Numbered from the whole stretch's first letter, positions 1 through 13,304 are shown. The stretch: DNA of 64,000 bases, filler included, from Trypethelium eluteriae (GCA_051942245.1; 5 parts of 5 records of this genome joined end to end with filler, not necessarily neighbours in it); one strand, 5' to 3'. The notes: a model not told the origin generated them from the letters alone. Numbers and translations are program-made.

Positions 1-2321
1 GCGGTGTACGTATTGTCTTGGCTTTCTTCTTCTGGATTGGGGAGATGTTCGCGTGTGATAAAAGAAAGAAAGGGAAATGAAGGGGCTAATTTGGGTGCGA
101 ATAGGTATTTTGCGACGATGGCGGCGTTGGCGGCGGCTCTATGATCGGATTGGGAGGCTGGTCGCCTGCTTGCTTGCCTGTTTGCCTCGAACTGGGGGAA
201 GGATTATGGGGGATTGGGGCAATGGGTTCGGAGTTGGAACCGAAGCGCGCGTGGATTGTTTCGGTTGGAAGAGGAAACATCTGGGGTGTGCTTAATTTGC
301 CAGTTCCTTGATGATGACGAGCGAAGGCGCTAGGGGCGTTGGTGGTGGTGATAAGGATTCGCACGAGGGAACGTCTGTCTGTTGTCCTTCTAAGACTAGC
401 TAATTTGCATGGAGTACGGAGCATCAGGTAGGATACTGTAGTCCCGCTCGGCTTCGGCCGTGGGGATTGAGAGCAAAGATTGATTTGCGGGCATCTATTA
501 GTGTTGCATCTGTTGCACGTTTCGTCTCCGAGCGGGTTTCAAGATCTTATTTAGACCTCCTGTACCCTTGCAACCATGCGTCAAGCGCTTGTCCGGAGTC
601 AGTGTTGGATCTCGTGGCTGCGATAATAAGGAGGTTCATATTTGAATAAGGGTAAAAATTACGATTGTGAGGCTTCATGAAAATAGTAAGATGTAGTATT
701 CGAGCAGGTAGCTCTGGATCCAGACGGCGCCTGGAGGCCTTCCGGACTATAGATTTCAACATGAGCCTCGTATTGCTCGGCACACTTTGTGTCTTGGCAA
801 ATTCAAATGGTCAAAGTCAGGCCTGGCAGTTTAGTCGAACGCGACATCATCGACATCACCGTACATAACGGCAGTTTGACAATTTTGCGCATCCCAATTT
901 CTGTAGTTTGAGATCCAAGTCAATCACAATTCTTTCAACCCGTACCCCAGCCCTGACGTGCCTGACTAGAGATGCAAGAAACACAGTGTAAGCGCCAATG
1001 CCGCAGCCGCAGGGTGGCCAGCGCTGTGCTCTTGCGTTATATCAATGCCCTGGACTATGTTTGATCGACGGATCGCTCGCTGCCGAACGCCTCAGCCAAA
1101 TTGGAATTTCGGCCATCCGTAAGGTGCGTAAGATAGGATCGGCGCTTAGATAGTAATGTAAGTTCGGAACATGGAAACGAGGTGGACTGGGCCCTCGGAT
1201 GGCGTCTGTTCCTGAATCGAGATCCCCTTCGGGGTAATGGCTCGGGCGACGGAAGCTGGATTTGGTGGGTGAGGGCAGGAATGGTGGGATGGATGTGCAA
1301 CTCCGTAGTGATGGGCTAGAAGCAAGTGTCAGGGGTAGCCGAATAGAAGCACCGAAGCTTGATGAGCTATCGTGATGGCGTTAGAGCTGCGTCAAACGTA
1401 AATTTAGCCTGTCCGTTACCCCCCATGGTATCGGTAAGTTGTGACTCCTGCCAGTTGTGAGGCTGAAGTATAGCCGCAGACTCCTTTTGCGCACTGCAAA
1501 GTACAGTACGCCTCGTAATGTCCATTGGCATCTCTGGAATCTTTCTCGTCCGGCCAGCCAACAAGCAACGACGGAGTACTCAGTGGCAGCGTCTCTCGGC
1601 CTGAAACCGCCCGTCCAGGACCCAGCACCGCGCATACTGCCGCTTTCTCCTGACCCACTCGCTTGTCTTCCCCTCCCACTCTAACGTCCCACCTCCAGAG
1701 CCATCTATCATCTCCAACTTCTTCCGTACACAAAGACGGTGCTCTCCAAACCTCATTGTCACTGCACATTGCCGCCGCCAACCTTATCTGCTGGTGTCCT
1801 TACCCGCTCAACCAATCTCCGCTTTTCGCCCGCAGCCTGCTGGCGCCAATACCGCAATATCGCATTACCGCAATCCGCCGAGGAATGCGCACTCGTTTCA
1901 GACTCGCTGCTCATCATTACGAAGGAATTTGCCGCATCTCACAGGCGCCTTCGATGTGTTCGCAGCTGCCTGCTGGCCTCCACCTATCTTGATACTCTCC
2001 CTTCGCTGGCCGAGGATATTCCACATCGAGGCGCATCGCAAGAGCGCAAAATCCGAAACTATCAACAAGCTCTTGTCGCACAACGTCTTCTATCATCTCC
2101 GAATCCGTCTGAAACTTTAATCGAAGATTAGGGGCTTGAGCGCGCTTGAGTCACAGTTACACGGTTTCTGGATTCTATCTCCCGCATTGATTTTCTTTGT
2201 TTCGCGCGCTTGAGATACCGCGTGGGAAACACAACTTCTCCTTGCATTCGGACCTAACTCCATCGCCGCGTGGAAAGATCTTGGCCTTCTTACCGCTACG
2301 AATCTCGTCAGTGCAGCAACA

Positions 2322-4870
2322 ATGTCGGTCGCAATGTTGCACGCTCCTTCACGAGCCTCTACCTCTTCCTCTTCCTCCTTTGCCGTGTCCCGACAAAATA
2401 CCATGTCTTCGCAAGATGGACGTTCTTTGCGCCAATCAAAACGATACTCAGTGACGGCGCTATATCTGTCTATGTCTGCGAAGGAGCGCGAACTAGAAAT
2501 TGAAGATGAATTGGCCAAAGGTATATACAGTACAATACGTGAATGCGATAGGCAGAAGCTGATTGCAGCATAGCACAAAAAGCTCTCCGTGAATTGAAAT
2601 CCAGAATCTCCTCACAATCGAAGAAGAACTTCGTGTTGGAGAAGGACGTACGATATCTCGATTCGCGAATAGCTTTGCTTATCCAGAATCGCATGGCGCT
2701 AGAAGAGGTATGTTTTGTACAATTACTATGCTTCGTCGGAAATTAACTCTTCGAACAGCAACAAGATGTAGCAAACCATCTCGAGGACGCATCCGATCTC
2801 CAAGAAGGCTTCTTTCCCAACGACGAAAAGACGCAGAGATACGGAAATCTACTGTTTCTCCTTCAATCCGAACCACGTCACATCGCCCACTTATGTCGGT
2901 TGGTGACAATGGCAGAAATCGATTCCCTGCTACAAACCGTCATGTTTACAATATACGGCAATCAGTATGAAAGCCGAGAAGAGCATCTGCTCTTGACCAT
3001 GTTTCAGGTACGCCATTGATTCACTGAATTTGTAGACGCAGCTAATCCAAAGTACAGTCCGTCCTTACCTATCAATTTGATAATACTCCTGACTATTCTT
3101 CCCTTTTACGAGCGAATACCCCAGTTTCACGAATGATGACCACCTACACCCGCCGAGGTCCTGGACAAAGCTACCTCAAATCTACTCTGGCCGAGCGCAT
3201 CAATTCTCTCATTGAGTTGAAGGATCTTGATCTCGAAATCAACCCATTGAAAGTGTACGAGAAAATGATTGCAAAAATTGAAGAAGACGGTGGTGTTCTT
3301 CCTCCAAACCTACCCAAAGGTGTAACCGCTGAGCAGGCTGCTGAGAATCCTACTGTTCAGCACATTATCGCTCCAAGGTTGGAGATGCTCACGAGTATCG
3401 CAAACACCTTTTTGGATACCATTATCCAGAATCTGGAGGAGACGCCATACGGCATTCGGTGGATTTGCAAGCAGATCCGAAGTTTGTCGAAGAGAAAATA
3501 TCCCGACGCTCAGGACCACACGATCTGCACTCTCATTGGAGGTTTCTTTTTCCTACGATTTATCAATCCAGCAATTGTGACTCCAAGATCTTACATGCTA
3601 ATTGATGATAATCCTGCCGAGAATCCCAAGCGTACGCTTACTTACGTAGCCAAGATGCTACAAAACTTGGCAAACAAGCCATCATATGCGAAGGAGCCTT
3701 ACATGGTCAAACTTCAGCCGTTCATCCACCAAAACAAGGAGCGCATCAACAAATTTATGCTGGATCTCTGCGAAGTTCAAGACTTCTATGAGAGCCTAGA
3801 AATGGACAACTATGTTGCACTTTCCAAACGCGACCTCGAATTATCGATCACCTTGAACGAGATTTACGCGACTCACTCCTTACTCGAGCGACACGTTGGT
3901 GCTTTGACCCGTGACGAGAGTTCTCATCTGGCTCTGTTGCTGCAAGAGCTCGGTCCCGCACCTGCACAGCTACCACGCAAAGACAATCGGGTTGTCAACC
4001 TTCCGCTCTTCAGCAAATGGGAGGCTCCCCTAGATGACTTCACTGCTGCACTTGACATCACACAAGAAGAGGTCTTTTTCATGGAGGCGAAGGCTACTTT
4101 CGTCATGATCATGCGTTCTCTACCTCCAAACACCTCTATTACCCGGCGTCCACTCCGACTTGACCGAATTGCAGAAGTAGCTGCCACGACCAAAAACGAC
4201 TCAGTCATGGTGCGCAAAGGAATTCGAGCAATGGAATTGCTCAGTCAACTACAGGAAATGGGCGTTGTGGACAAGGAAGACGGTTTCGCGCTCCTCCGGG
4301 ATGAAGTCGAACAGGAGCTCGTCCACCTCGGCTCGACCAAGGACAAAGTCGTCGAAGAAACGCGCAAGCTGGAGGAGGTCTACCGTACGATCCGCGAGCA
4401 TAACATGTATCTAGTGTCACAGCTCGATACGTACAAATCATATCTTCACAACGTGCGTAGCCAGTCCGAAGGCAAGAGTCGGAAGCAGGAGAAGAAGCAG
4501 GTCCTCGGGCCCTACAAATTCACGCATCAGCAGCTAGAGAAGGAGGGCGTCATCCAGAAGAGCAACGTGCCGGAGAATCGACGAGCGAATATCTTTTTCA
4601 ACTTCACGAGTCCTCTCCCTGGAACGTTTGTCATCAGTCTGCATTACAAAGGTAGGTTCTCTCACGACCTCGCAATATCGAATGCGATGGCTAACTACTG
4701 ATCGTACAGGACGCAACCGTGGCCTGCTGGAGCTGGACCTTAAACTCGACGATCTGCTCGAGATGCAGAAGGATAACCAGGAAGATCTCGATCTCGAATA
4801 CGTACAGTTCAATGTCTCCAAGGTTCTCAACTTACTCAACAAGCGTTTCGCTCGCAAGAAGGGATGGTAG
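2322..4870 (+). CDS. gapA: Ras GTPase-activating protein (RasGAP + RasGAP_C; Aspergillus GapA / S. pombe Gap1-type), 5 exons
   Basis: GT-AG introns 2521-2573, 2708-2758, 3008-3057 and 4652-4709 give one continuous frame. RasGAP signature [16 protein letters not shown] and [10 protein letters not shown]-terminal [26 protein letters not shown]; ends [12 protein letters not shown]. Confidence 0.93.
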
Positions 4871-5815
4871 ATTACTCACCATCCTAAATTATACACATAC
4901 AAATCACTCGTAGATGCGTACTGTACGATGACAGGATCGGAGGAAGGAAGAAAACGGTGCTCATTGGCTGAATTGATGGGGGAACTTTCGGATTTTTCTA
5001 TTACCTTTTCTTTCCTTGGAGTCGACGGCGAAAATCGGGGCCAAGCAAACTAAACTTCTCGATACCCTTTCCTTATGCAATTCGTGCGCGTGGGAAAATC
5101 TGGCGATCAATGGTGGAGAATGGGACGAAACCGCTTGGGATGGGATACGAGATATCCAGCTGGTTGAGATGTGGTTGAGCGAGAAGCATAGCGAAGCGAG
5201 CTTCCGCGTTACCTTGAGGCGTGGATGGTGCTTTTTTCCCAGGGCGAGTGTTGCGATCGGGTCTTGTTGCTTCTGGCCCTTTTTCATCTCAAGCCGCTGG
5301 ACCGGGTGAGATGGTGGAAAGCTTGGATTGCGTTAGGCGAGTTGCTGTTGCCTCTGTCTGCCTTATTTCGAAATGCTTTCTTTTGCGTCATGCCAGCGTT
5401 GGGATCGATATCCGTGTATAATAGTTGCCCGTAGTGTGGGTCTCCTCCGAGAGGATTTTGGAAGTACCTCCGTAACCAATGAACAAATGCCTTGTTCCGA
5501 CCATTGGTGATTGGGTGTGTCAGCGTACCTTCGCATGTCATCATTCGCGAAACTTGGATAGCCCTGATAGGGCTGGTGCCTGGGTCAATCTTCCGGTGGG
5601 GGCCCCACTACGCTACTCGGCCAAGTCCGGTAGGTGCATGGAGTGCTTGCCTTGCCTTGTGACAAGACTCAGAGCTTCGAGTGGACTAGCAAACATCAGC
5701 TTGTCGATAGCCACCGCTTCACAATCGGAACCAGAGTTTGCAAGTCTCACAGGTACACATAGAAGAAACGCATTCAATTCAAACAACTCTTACTTCGTCC
5801 ACAATTACCGCTATC

Positions 5816-6529
5816 ATGTCCTCATCCAACACCATCCCCATTCCTAAGCGGAAGAAGCCGCAACCGTCGACGCCTCCACATACGTCCAGTCCGGGTAATT
5901 ACTCCTACGCTTCTTCATCCTCATCTTCGACACCATCGACATACAGCCATGCAGAGAGCTCCTTGAGTGCATCGTATACCCCTTCTACTGTCACAACCTC
6001 GTCGCCGGCGAGGCAACACAGTTATGATAGGCGTCCTTCGTTATTAGGTACGCAATAATGAGACGACACAGCCTGAGCAGCCCTTCCGCCTGAGGTACAC
6101 AGCAGGCTAACATATCCTAGGTGCTTCGTTATCAAAATCAGAGCATACTGTCATCAACATCGGTGGTCCCGAAAACCCAAGGCTTGTGAGCTTCACCATT
6201 ACCCCTCTCTCCCTCTCCCCCACCGTACTTCTCTAAAGACACGGAAATCCAACTGACCACATGGCAAACGTGCAGATTACATGCGTAAAAACATCTCAAG
6301 GCTTCGACTGGAATCTAGGTATGCTTTATGCTTCCAGTCATCTGTCTATATTCAAGAGCCAACCCCCCTAAGCGCTCTCACTCACAGAACTACACGACTG
6401 ACCACTACAGACATATTCCTCCCATCCTACGCCTCCGATCACGACTCGAGCGAGCTGGAAAGGAAGCAAGACCCAGTGGATGAGATTGTGCTAACGGACG
6501 AGGAGGCGGCGGCTATCTTCCCGCGGTAA
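5816..6529 (+). CDS. Small Ser-rich hypothetical protein, 4 exons
   Basis: Introns 6048-6120, 6186-6275 and 6319-6410 (GT..AG, CTRAC branch sites) join MSSSNTIPIPK...RRPSLLG-ASLSKSEHTVINIGGPENPRL-ITCVKTSQGFDWNL-DIFLPSY...PVDEIVLTDEEAAAIFPR in frame. Confidence 0.8.
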
Positions 6530-7234
6530 CTACTCTGGAGACCATGTTGCGGGGGATGATAACACGTGCGGCCGTCGAGATCCTTCCAGAGTCGATTTGC
6601 GAATGTTAAGGGCCATGGACGTGCAAGATGGTGATCTGAGGAGCATGGAGGAGTCGTCTATTTATGTGTTTCGGGCGTTTTAAGGTAGGGGGAGATCTCG
6701 GCGGTCTCGGCTCATGTAGCTATGGATTACGGTCACGTTTACACCGTGTGAATATGGTTTCGGTAATGAAATATCTGAATCAATGCAGAACCCAAGTCAA
6801 CGATCCTTATTTTGTCGCTGCATGTGAAATACCTAGTGCTTGGCGAATTGTAGGAGTCTCTCGTGAGTTCGTCTCGTCCCGTTTTGGTCTTGTATCTCGT
6901 TAGCGATAGAAGGACCCTCTTTCGGAGCGTACTCTCCCGGAGCGAGATGATGCTGAGTGACCGAATACCTCGCTACGACCTGCCGGCTCCGGGCGGTGCT
7001 CGGCAAAAATTTCTATCTTGTACAACTTTCCTTATACAGCAGACTCACAACCATCTTATCTTTCTCCTTTCTCTAAGATCGTCAGTCGTTATCATCATTT
7101 AGGTTTCTGCAAGGGTCTTCGCGATCCAATGCTATGGTATCACTTGTGTTCAAAGGCTCTTCCGAATTGCACGGCTGCAAGTTACCTTGCCCGTGGCAAA
7201 TCATTGGTTCGTTGAACTCCTGAAGAGAGCCTGG

Positions 7235-7457
7235 AAAAAAAAAAGTGCGTCGTCTTTTAGCCTTGACTGCAAGCCACAATGTCTCTCATTTTGCCGATAT
7301 GGCTACTGAATCGTATCTTGACATGATAGCTTTATCAATACACTAACGTTCTGGGTATTTCTAACAATTAAGGAAAGCTCCTCCTCCTTGGGTAAGCACC
7401 CCGATCTCCTGGTCTTGCGGCGCTCCACCCTTGGGTAGGTAGTTTGAGGAGCCCTCC
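7235..7457 (-). ncRNA. Candidate structured RNA, possibly Pol III (may instead be 3' UTR of the DUF4048 gene)
   Basis: 12-bp stem GGAGGGCTCCTC (7457-7446) / GAGGAGCTTTCC (7383-7372) is fully paired only on the minus strand (two G-U) and encloses two hairpins. TATAAA lies ~30 nt upstream (7486-7481); T10 at 7244-7235. Confidence 0.3.
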
Positions 7458-7637
7458 ACTCCTAGGAATAGAAGTGATAATTTATAATTCCATAATCGAG
7501 TCAGCGTAAATAGATCATCATTACTTCAAAGAATTATTTACAGGAAAGGGAGAGGATTTCATATACAAGAATTAAATCATATCCAAAAAACTGAGGCGTC
7601 GTAAGTATGTGCAGTTCCGAGTTCATCAAGACAACGT

Positions 7638-9371
7638 TCATGGATTCATTGGGCTTGGCCAGGATAAGTAATCCTCTTTCGAACCCTTTCTATCTGCTGA
7701 CGGAGGTGTTATGCTCCTCTCCCATTCATTCATCAGGTTGGAAGCCGTCCGCTTGAGATTCCCAGGCGTGAGTTTCTGTAGCGTAGGCCACGGTATGGCA
7801 TCCTTCTGGCCTGCGCTAGTGGCAGTGATACGTTTTCCCTTTGGGGTAGTGTTCCTGCTTTGCTCCTCCGTAACATTCGCCCCTGGAGCACTGGCTGAAC
7901 TCGTTGCCGCTGTGCTCGTCGAGGTCGATGAGGACTGCGAAGGATTTGAGCTTGGATGCCGAGGTGTGGATCGCTTCTCCGGAGTGTCCCACATATCCCA
8001 TGGCTCCTCAACGTCACTGGCGACTGGAAGGGCGTCTTGCTTGGGGACTTGAGATTTTTTGCGAAGGCCAGTGACTTTTGACTGTGGTGAACCGGAAGGA
8101 TTTGACTTCGCACTCTCTTTCGCCCAAACGTCGACACTTTGCCTGCGCGGTACAACAGGGAGGGAACGACTTGGTGAACTGGTAGATTTAGTCTTGGGTG
8201 AGGTATCCGTTGTAGTCGAGGGCCGGGAAGGGCGGGTAGAAGCCCCACGAGTCTTCTCTGGCCTCGAATTTTTCCTTTCGTGGGACTTTTGGGGTCCCTC
8301 AGCATTTCGTGTTGGTTTGCTTGGTGGTTTCATAGACGACCTATTGGTCTTCGGCTGAGGACCCACAATGCCCTCGTCTCCTACGGTAGCTTGTCTGAGA
8401 TCTTCAAAAAATGTCCACAATCCATCCTTAAAATCGCTTGCCATTTGCCGACTAAGTCTAAAAGTTTCTTTGGGTGTATCGGAGACTGGACTCGTGATGT
8501 CATCCATTGTATTTGTATTGCGAATCTGCTCCAAAAGATCAGGCGCCGTATTCATCCGACTAACTGGGGGAGGCCGAGGTGGGCTTTCTGGCTGCTTAGT
8601 CTCCGTGGGTGATGGGAAAGTTTTCTGATTCATTTTATCAGGCGAGAGCAGGGAGAGCGCCCGAGTATGTCTTGAACCACTGAAAACCCTTCGGTGTGTA
8701 GGCTTCGAGCTGGCCACGATAGACTTCCTCTTCTCCATCTCTTTCTGAGTCCAAGCGGAGGAGCTATTCGTGTCATCATCCTGCGGGCTGCCAAGCTCTG
8801 TACTCAATGGTCGAAGCGGTTGAACATGATGCGCATCCTGCCGTTTCTTAACGCTCTCCTGTGCAGCCCATTGTCTTTTCAATTTGTCCAGCTCTTGTTC
8901 AGCTTTGTGCAACTCCTCCTTTAATTCCAGTACGCGTCGCTCTTGTGCTGCAAGAGCAGTGAGAAAGCCATTGTCAGTTGGTGAGGGCTGCCTCGAGGCA
9001 GGGACGGGTGTACGAGCCGCTTGAGGAGGAAATGCAAAGGTTGGGTCAAACAATGGGGAGGGTGAGGCTCGGCGACCTCCTGGAGATGCGTATTCGACGC
9101 CAAGGGCAGACGGCTGGATAGGAAAACTGACTGATACCCGATTTGGTTTTCGGATATCACTTGCCAGTTCGACGGCAGAATCGTGCTTTGGAGCTGCTGT
9201 GTCCGAGGACGATGGTCTACTCTGAGTCGAGGTCGTCGGGCTCGCCATTGAACCGAGATGTTCTGCTGGTGAAGGTTGCTTAGGACTGTTTGCACCTCCT
9301 GAATATAAGATACGAGCAACTCCGGCCGGTTCTACGGCGACCTGGGCGGCCTGTGAAATATCACTTTCCAT
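7638..9371 (-). CDS. DUF4048-like fungal protein (coiled coil plus Ser/Pro-rich disordered regions)
   Basis: Long single ORF with motifs FLTALAAQERRVLELKEEL, HTRALSLLSP and GLWTFFEDLRQATVG. ATG 9371 (MESDISQ) is the likely start, though the ORF stays open to 9596. Confidence 0.8.
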   Translation of the reverse strand: MESDISQAAQVAVEPAGVARILYSGGANSPKQPSPAEHLGSMASPTTSTQSRPSSSDTAAPKHDSAVELASDIRKPNRVSVSFPIQPSALGVEYASPGGRRASPSPLFDPTFAFPPQAARTPVPASRQPSPTDNGFLTALAAQERRVLELKEELHKAEQELDKLKRQWAAQESVKKRQDAHHVQPLRPLSTELGSPQDDDTNSSSAWTQKEMEKRKSIVASSKPTHRRVFSGSRHTRALSLLSPDKMNQKTFPSPTETKQPESPPRPPPVSRMNTAPDLLEQIRNTNTMDDITSPVSDTPKETFRLSRQMASDFKDGLWTFFEDLRQATVGDEGIVGPQPKTNRSSMKPPSKPTRNAEGPQKSHERKNSRPEKTRGASTRPSRPSTTTDTSPKTKSTSSPSRSLPVVPRRQSVDVWAKESAKSNPSGSPQSKVTGLRKKSQVPKQDALPVASDVEEPWDMWDTPEKRSTPRHPSSNPSQSSSTSTSTAATSSASAPGANVTEEQSRNTTPKGKRITATSAGQKDAIPWPTLQKLTPGNLKRTASNLMNEWERSITPPSADRKGSKEDYLSWPSPMNP

Positions 9372-10996
9372 GATCTCGGCGCCGCCTAAGAAAAACCAAT
9401 TCTTCAGGTCGGGGCGAAGAAGGGGATCTGTGCCTGAGTCTCGGGTGTTGGAAAAAAGACCTGCAGGTACAGTATAGCGATCATTCTGATTGGCTGATAC
9501 CTGTCGGGGCTGCTGACGGAGCAACCATGGTGACCACGACCAACTCTTCATCCCCTGAAGATCTTGCCACTCATGTTTCTGCCTTTGCATCTGCATCCCC
9601 TCTAGCTGTATTCATACTATTTTTGTGCTAATCAGATCTCATCCTGAAACAAATCGCTCTGTCGTGCGAAGCTTTGGGGAAGAGAACGGTGAGAACCCTC
9701 TCCGATCAAGTACCGAGCATTCCGGTCGTTGTACTCCATGAAAGATTTAGCTTGCGTGTAGACACGCCTGATTTTTGTGCCTCGCAGGTAACATCTGATT
9801 CCAATTTCTTTGTGGACTGATCATGTGGGCCGAATACTATCACAAGGGCAGAGCGCCTCAAATGCAATCGCCAGGTAAATGCTCCGTACGAAGTACCGAG
9901 GTTCGGTGCCAACCATTCGCTTTCACCTCTAATGCAACACCATAAAGCTTTGTATCAACATCATACATGCCCCATGGAATGCGAGTAGCTTCGTGCTTGT
10001 GACATATTTGCTCTTGTGTTCGATCAATTCGAGACTGATTTGAGCAGTCTTTGAAATATTCAAGGATCTCAGGTGGCCCAGATGTAGTGCTAAGATTAGA
10101 TAACTATACGAAGTACCTTAGCCCAGTGGATCTACTTTGAAGCAAGTTTGGCCAGAAACTGACAAGTCGGCATTGGGGAAAGGGGTATTATGCAGCTTCT
10201 GGTCGTTTTACTACATTTCGATTGTAGATGGCCCTCGAAAGAACCCCTCTGAAGCCTTGCTGACTCGCCAACCGGGGCGGGAAACATCGGTCGGAGTTTT
10301 GCCCGACGTGTGACGTGGGCCCCCTGCATGCGCTCATCCCAAAGAGGCAAAATGAAAACAGTGGAACTTCTGGAATCATTTTGACAGACCCTGATCAACC
10401 ACTCAATTGGGTCACGACTAGGATACTGGTGGACAGCTCCAGTTCTGCTGACATGGCTGACCTCTGTTGTGGCTGAGTTTTAATTTCAAGTTTCCATAGC
10501 AATATTCCTACGCTTAGGAAAGGGGCCATTCGGAAGGAGAGCTTCAGGTAGTGAGCAGTGGACTTGAATAGATCTGAGTTTCAGGTCGCAAGTGATATTT
10601 CATTCCACGAGACTTTGTACCCACACTCTGAAGAGTGGGTGGAACAGTTTCTGCATGTACCAGTAGCCCTACCCAGTGCTCGCTGTCCCTACGCATAAAC
10701 GAATTGCGGGGTGCATAAAGCAAGAACGAACATGAAACATACCAAAAGGCCCAGGAAATTGGAGACGGATGAACTTAGTGTAGATGATGACGAATGATAT
10801 TGTTCTCCTGTCCGAAAGTTGAATGCAGCCAGGGCCGCCCCGTGCCTAAGTCGGGCATGGCTTCTTCAGGAGCGTTGCCGTGACTACGAAGCTACCTTGA
10901 CCGGCCAAACCATTCCACCTCCATGTATCGCTGACAATTAACTCGTCACCGTTCGCCTTTCGCAAGCTGCGGCATTCTTATCCTCAACCTTTCAAA

Positions 10997-13175
10997 ATGG
11001 CCGACAAATACGAGATGCTCGAGGAGCTTGGGAGTCAGTCTACTTTTTTGCAATCGCAGACTCAATCATGCTAATAATCACGAAGGTGGAAGCTTCGGAG
11101 TCGTCTACAAGGCCATCGAGAAAGAGACTGGCGAGATCGTGGCGATCAAACACGTGTGTAGACATTCATGACTTTATTCGATCAATTCTAAGTATTCTAC
11201 AGATCGACCTCGAAGGCAGCGACGATGATATCCGAGAGATTCAGCAGGAAATATCGCTACTTAGCACCTGTGCTAGTCCATTCGTAACTCATTACAAGAC
11301 AAGCTTCATTCGAGGTGTGAAGCTCTGGATCGTTATGGAATACCTGGGTGGAGGTTCGTGCTTGGATTTGGTATGGTCCCGCCACTTTCAATGAAGGCAA
11401 AACAGAGGGCTTACAGAGTCGCCAGCTCAAACCTGGTCCTTTCCCAGAAGCTCATATTGCGATTGTTTGTCGGGAGCTACTGCTTGGCCTTGATTACCTA
11501 CACCAGACTGGAAAGATTCACCGAGACATAAAAGCAGCCAATGTCCTTCTCGCACAGTCAGGAAAAGTCAAGATAGCAGATTTCGGCGTCGCCGCTCAGC
11601 TCACTAATATCAAATCTCAACGCATCACGTTCGTCGGGACACCCTTTTGGATGGCACCTGAAGTTATTCAAGAATCAGGCTATGATTTCAAGGCAGATAT
11701 ATGGAGCTTAGGGATAACGGTGATGGAGTTGGCAAGGGGTGAGCCACCCCATGCGGATACGCATCCAATGAAGGTTCTCTTCTTGATACCCAAGGCACCG
11801 GCTCCACGGCTGGAAGGAGGGCCATGGAGCAAAGACTTTCGAGATTTTGTTGCCCAATGTTTAGTGAAGGATCCGGATAGAAGACCGACTGCAAGAGAGC
11901 TACTACAGCACCGATTCATCAGAAAAGCAGGTAAACTTGAGGCCTTAAGAGAATTGATCGAGAGGAAACAGGTATTTGATGGGAAAGGGCAAGATTCGGT
12001 ACATCCGAAGTACTACGAGGAAACATTGTGAGTTAAGGGCACAAGGATGCGAATACAGGATAAGTGCTGACAAGGTGTTAAGGAAAACCATGTCTCCCGA
12101 AGCTCAGGATGACGAGTGGGTCTTTGATACCGTTAGACCCGGGACTGCTGCAGCCAAGTACAAAACGCAGAAGCGAAGAAAACATTCTCGCGTTCTCTCT
12201 GCATCTAGCCAGGTCGGTGACAATGCACATGACATAGGACCCGTCATGGAGAAATTGGATTTGAATGCCGCGCCATTGAATGTCGAAAGTCCGTCTCCAG
12301 TCAAAAGAAAGCCTGTGCCCAAGGCTGAAAACCAGACTCCTCGAAGGACATCAGCAGCAGCAACCGCAATCCGGAGATCATCAGCAACACCAGTAACTTC
12401 TTCAAATGCGGCACAGCAAGATACGCCCACCATGAGAAGGAATAGCGCTCCAAAGCAACCATTGGCTCTTGACATGTCATTTGGGAACTCCACTTCAACA
12501 GTTCGACAATTCCGCCGAGTATCTCAGATTCACAGTCCGGTGGAAGAAGAACCCCCCCGAACTCCGGAAAAGCGCGGTATCAACGAGATGTCGGATAATG
12601 CGAAGTCACACCGGCTTTCATGTGCAAGCACTATGGTGGATATCGGCAACTATGAGAACGAGCAGGCAGACGGGAAAGAAAATCAAGCTGGACTTAAAGA
12701 GTCACTCCCACCGCCGTCACAAAGCTCTCTAAGTTCCCAGATGCCTCCGCCTTCTCCCTCCAAGCTTGCACTTCTGGGCAATCGCGCTTACAAGCGTACT
12801 ATTGCCCCAGCACTGCAAGATGTTGTGGCGTTAGTAAATCAAAAGATGAACACAGGTCCTACATCAAAGCTTCAGTCTCAGCTCGAAGTTGTCACACGCT
12901 TGGCAGATGTTTGGAATGAGTTCAACGCCATTGATCCAGAAACAGAACTTCTCCTGCTAAAAGCGGTCCTCGATCGAATCCAGGGCGAAAAGAAGCTAGC
13001 GACGACTCTCGGACTGATACCAAAGCATACCGCAACGCCAGCGCCGACCGACACCGCCCGCCGTCAAAACCACACGTCCAGGCCATCCGACGTCTTCTCC
13101 GACGACGCTGCATCGGTCCTTATGGCATCAGCCGTCACCGCGAGAACCTCCTTCACCCCTTCAACCACCTACCGC
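10997..13175 (+). CDS. sid1: Ste20/GCK-family Ser/Thr kinase, Sid1-like; 3' truncated at contig end
   Basis: [22 protein letters not shown]...VAIKH-IDLE...[11 protein letters not shown]...DFG...[11 protein letters not shown]. Introns 11034-11085, 11154-11202, 11371-11425 and 12028-12082. The kinase domain starts at the extreme N-terminus, as in Sid1-type kinases. Confidence 0.85.
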
Positions 13176-13275
13176 NNNNNNNNNNNNNNNNNNNNNNNNN
13201 NNNNNNNNNNNNNNNNNNNTTAATTAATTAANNNNNNNNNNNNNNNNNNNNNNNNNNNNNNNNNNNNNNNNNNNN
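13176..13275. other. Artificial contig spacer (44 N + TTAATTAATTAA + 44 N)
   Basis: The same 100-bp structure occurs four times; the 12-mer gives stops in all six frames. Confidence 0.99.
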
Positions 13276-13304
13276 GGTGGTGGGTGGTGCTTACCATTTG
13301 CCAT
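13276..13304 (-). CDS. Probable first micro-exon (ATGGCAAATG then GTAAGC donor) of a gene cut by the contig edge
   Basis: Minus strand reads CACAA-ATGGCAAATG-GTAAGC: good start context and consensus donor after a pyrimidine-rich leader. Product not identifiable. Confidence 0.4.

Noticed and set aside
77..2131. Short ORFs upstream of the RasGAP gene
   Set aside because: No motifs or coherent splice model; the first 400 bp reflect the G-rich skew at the contig start.
13220..13231. TTAATTAATTAA palindrome as a biological repeat or PacI-type site (also 26475, 39690, 52903)
   Set aside because: Always centred between N-runs of identical length; it is an assembly linker.
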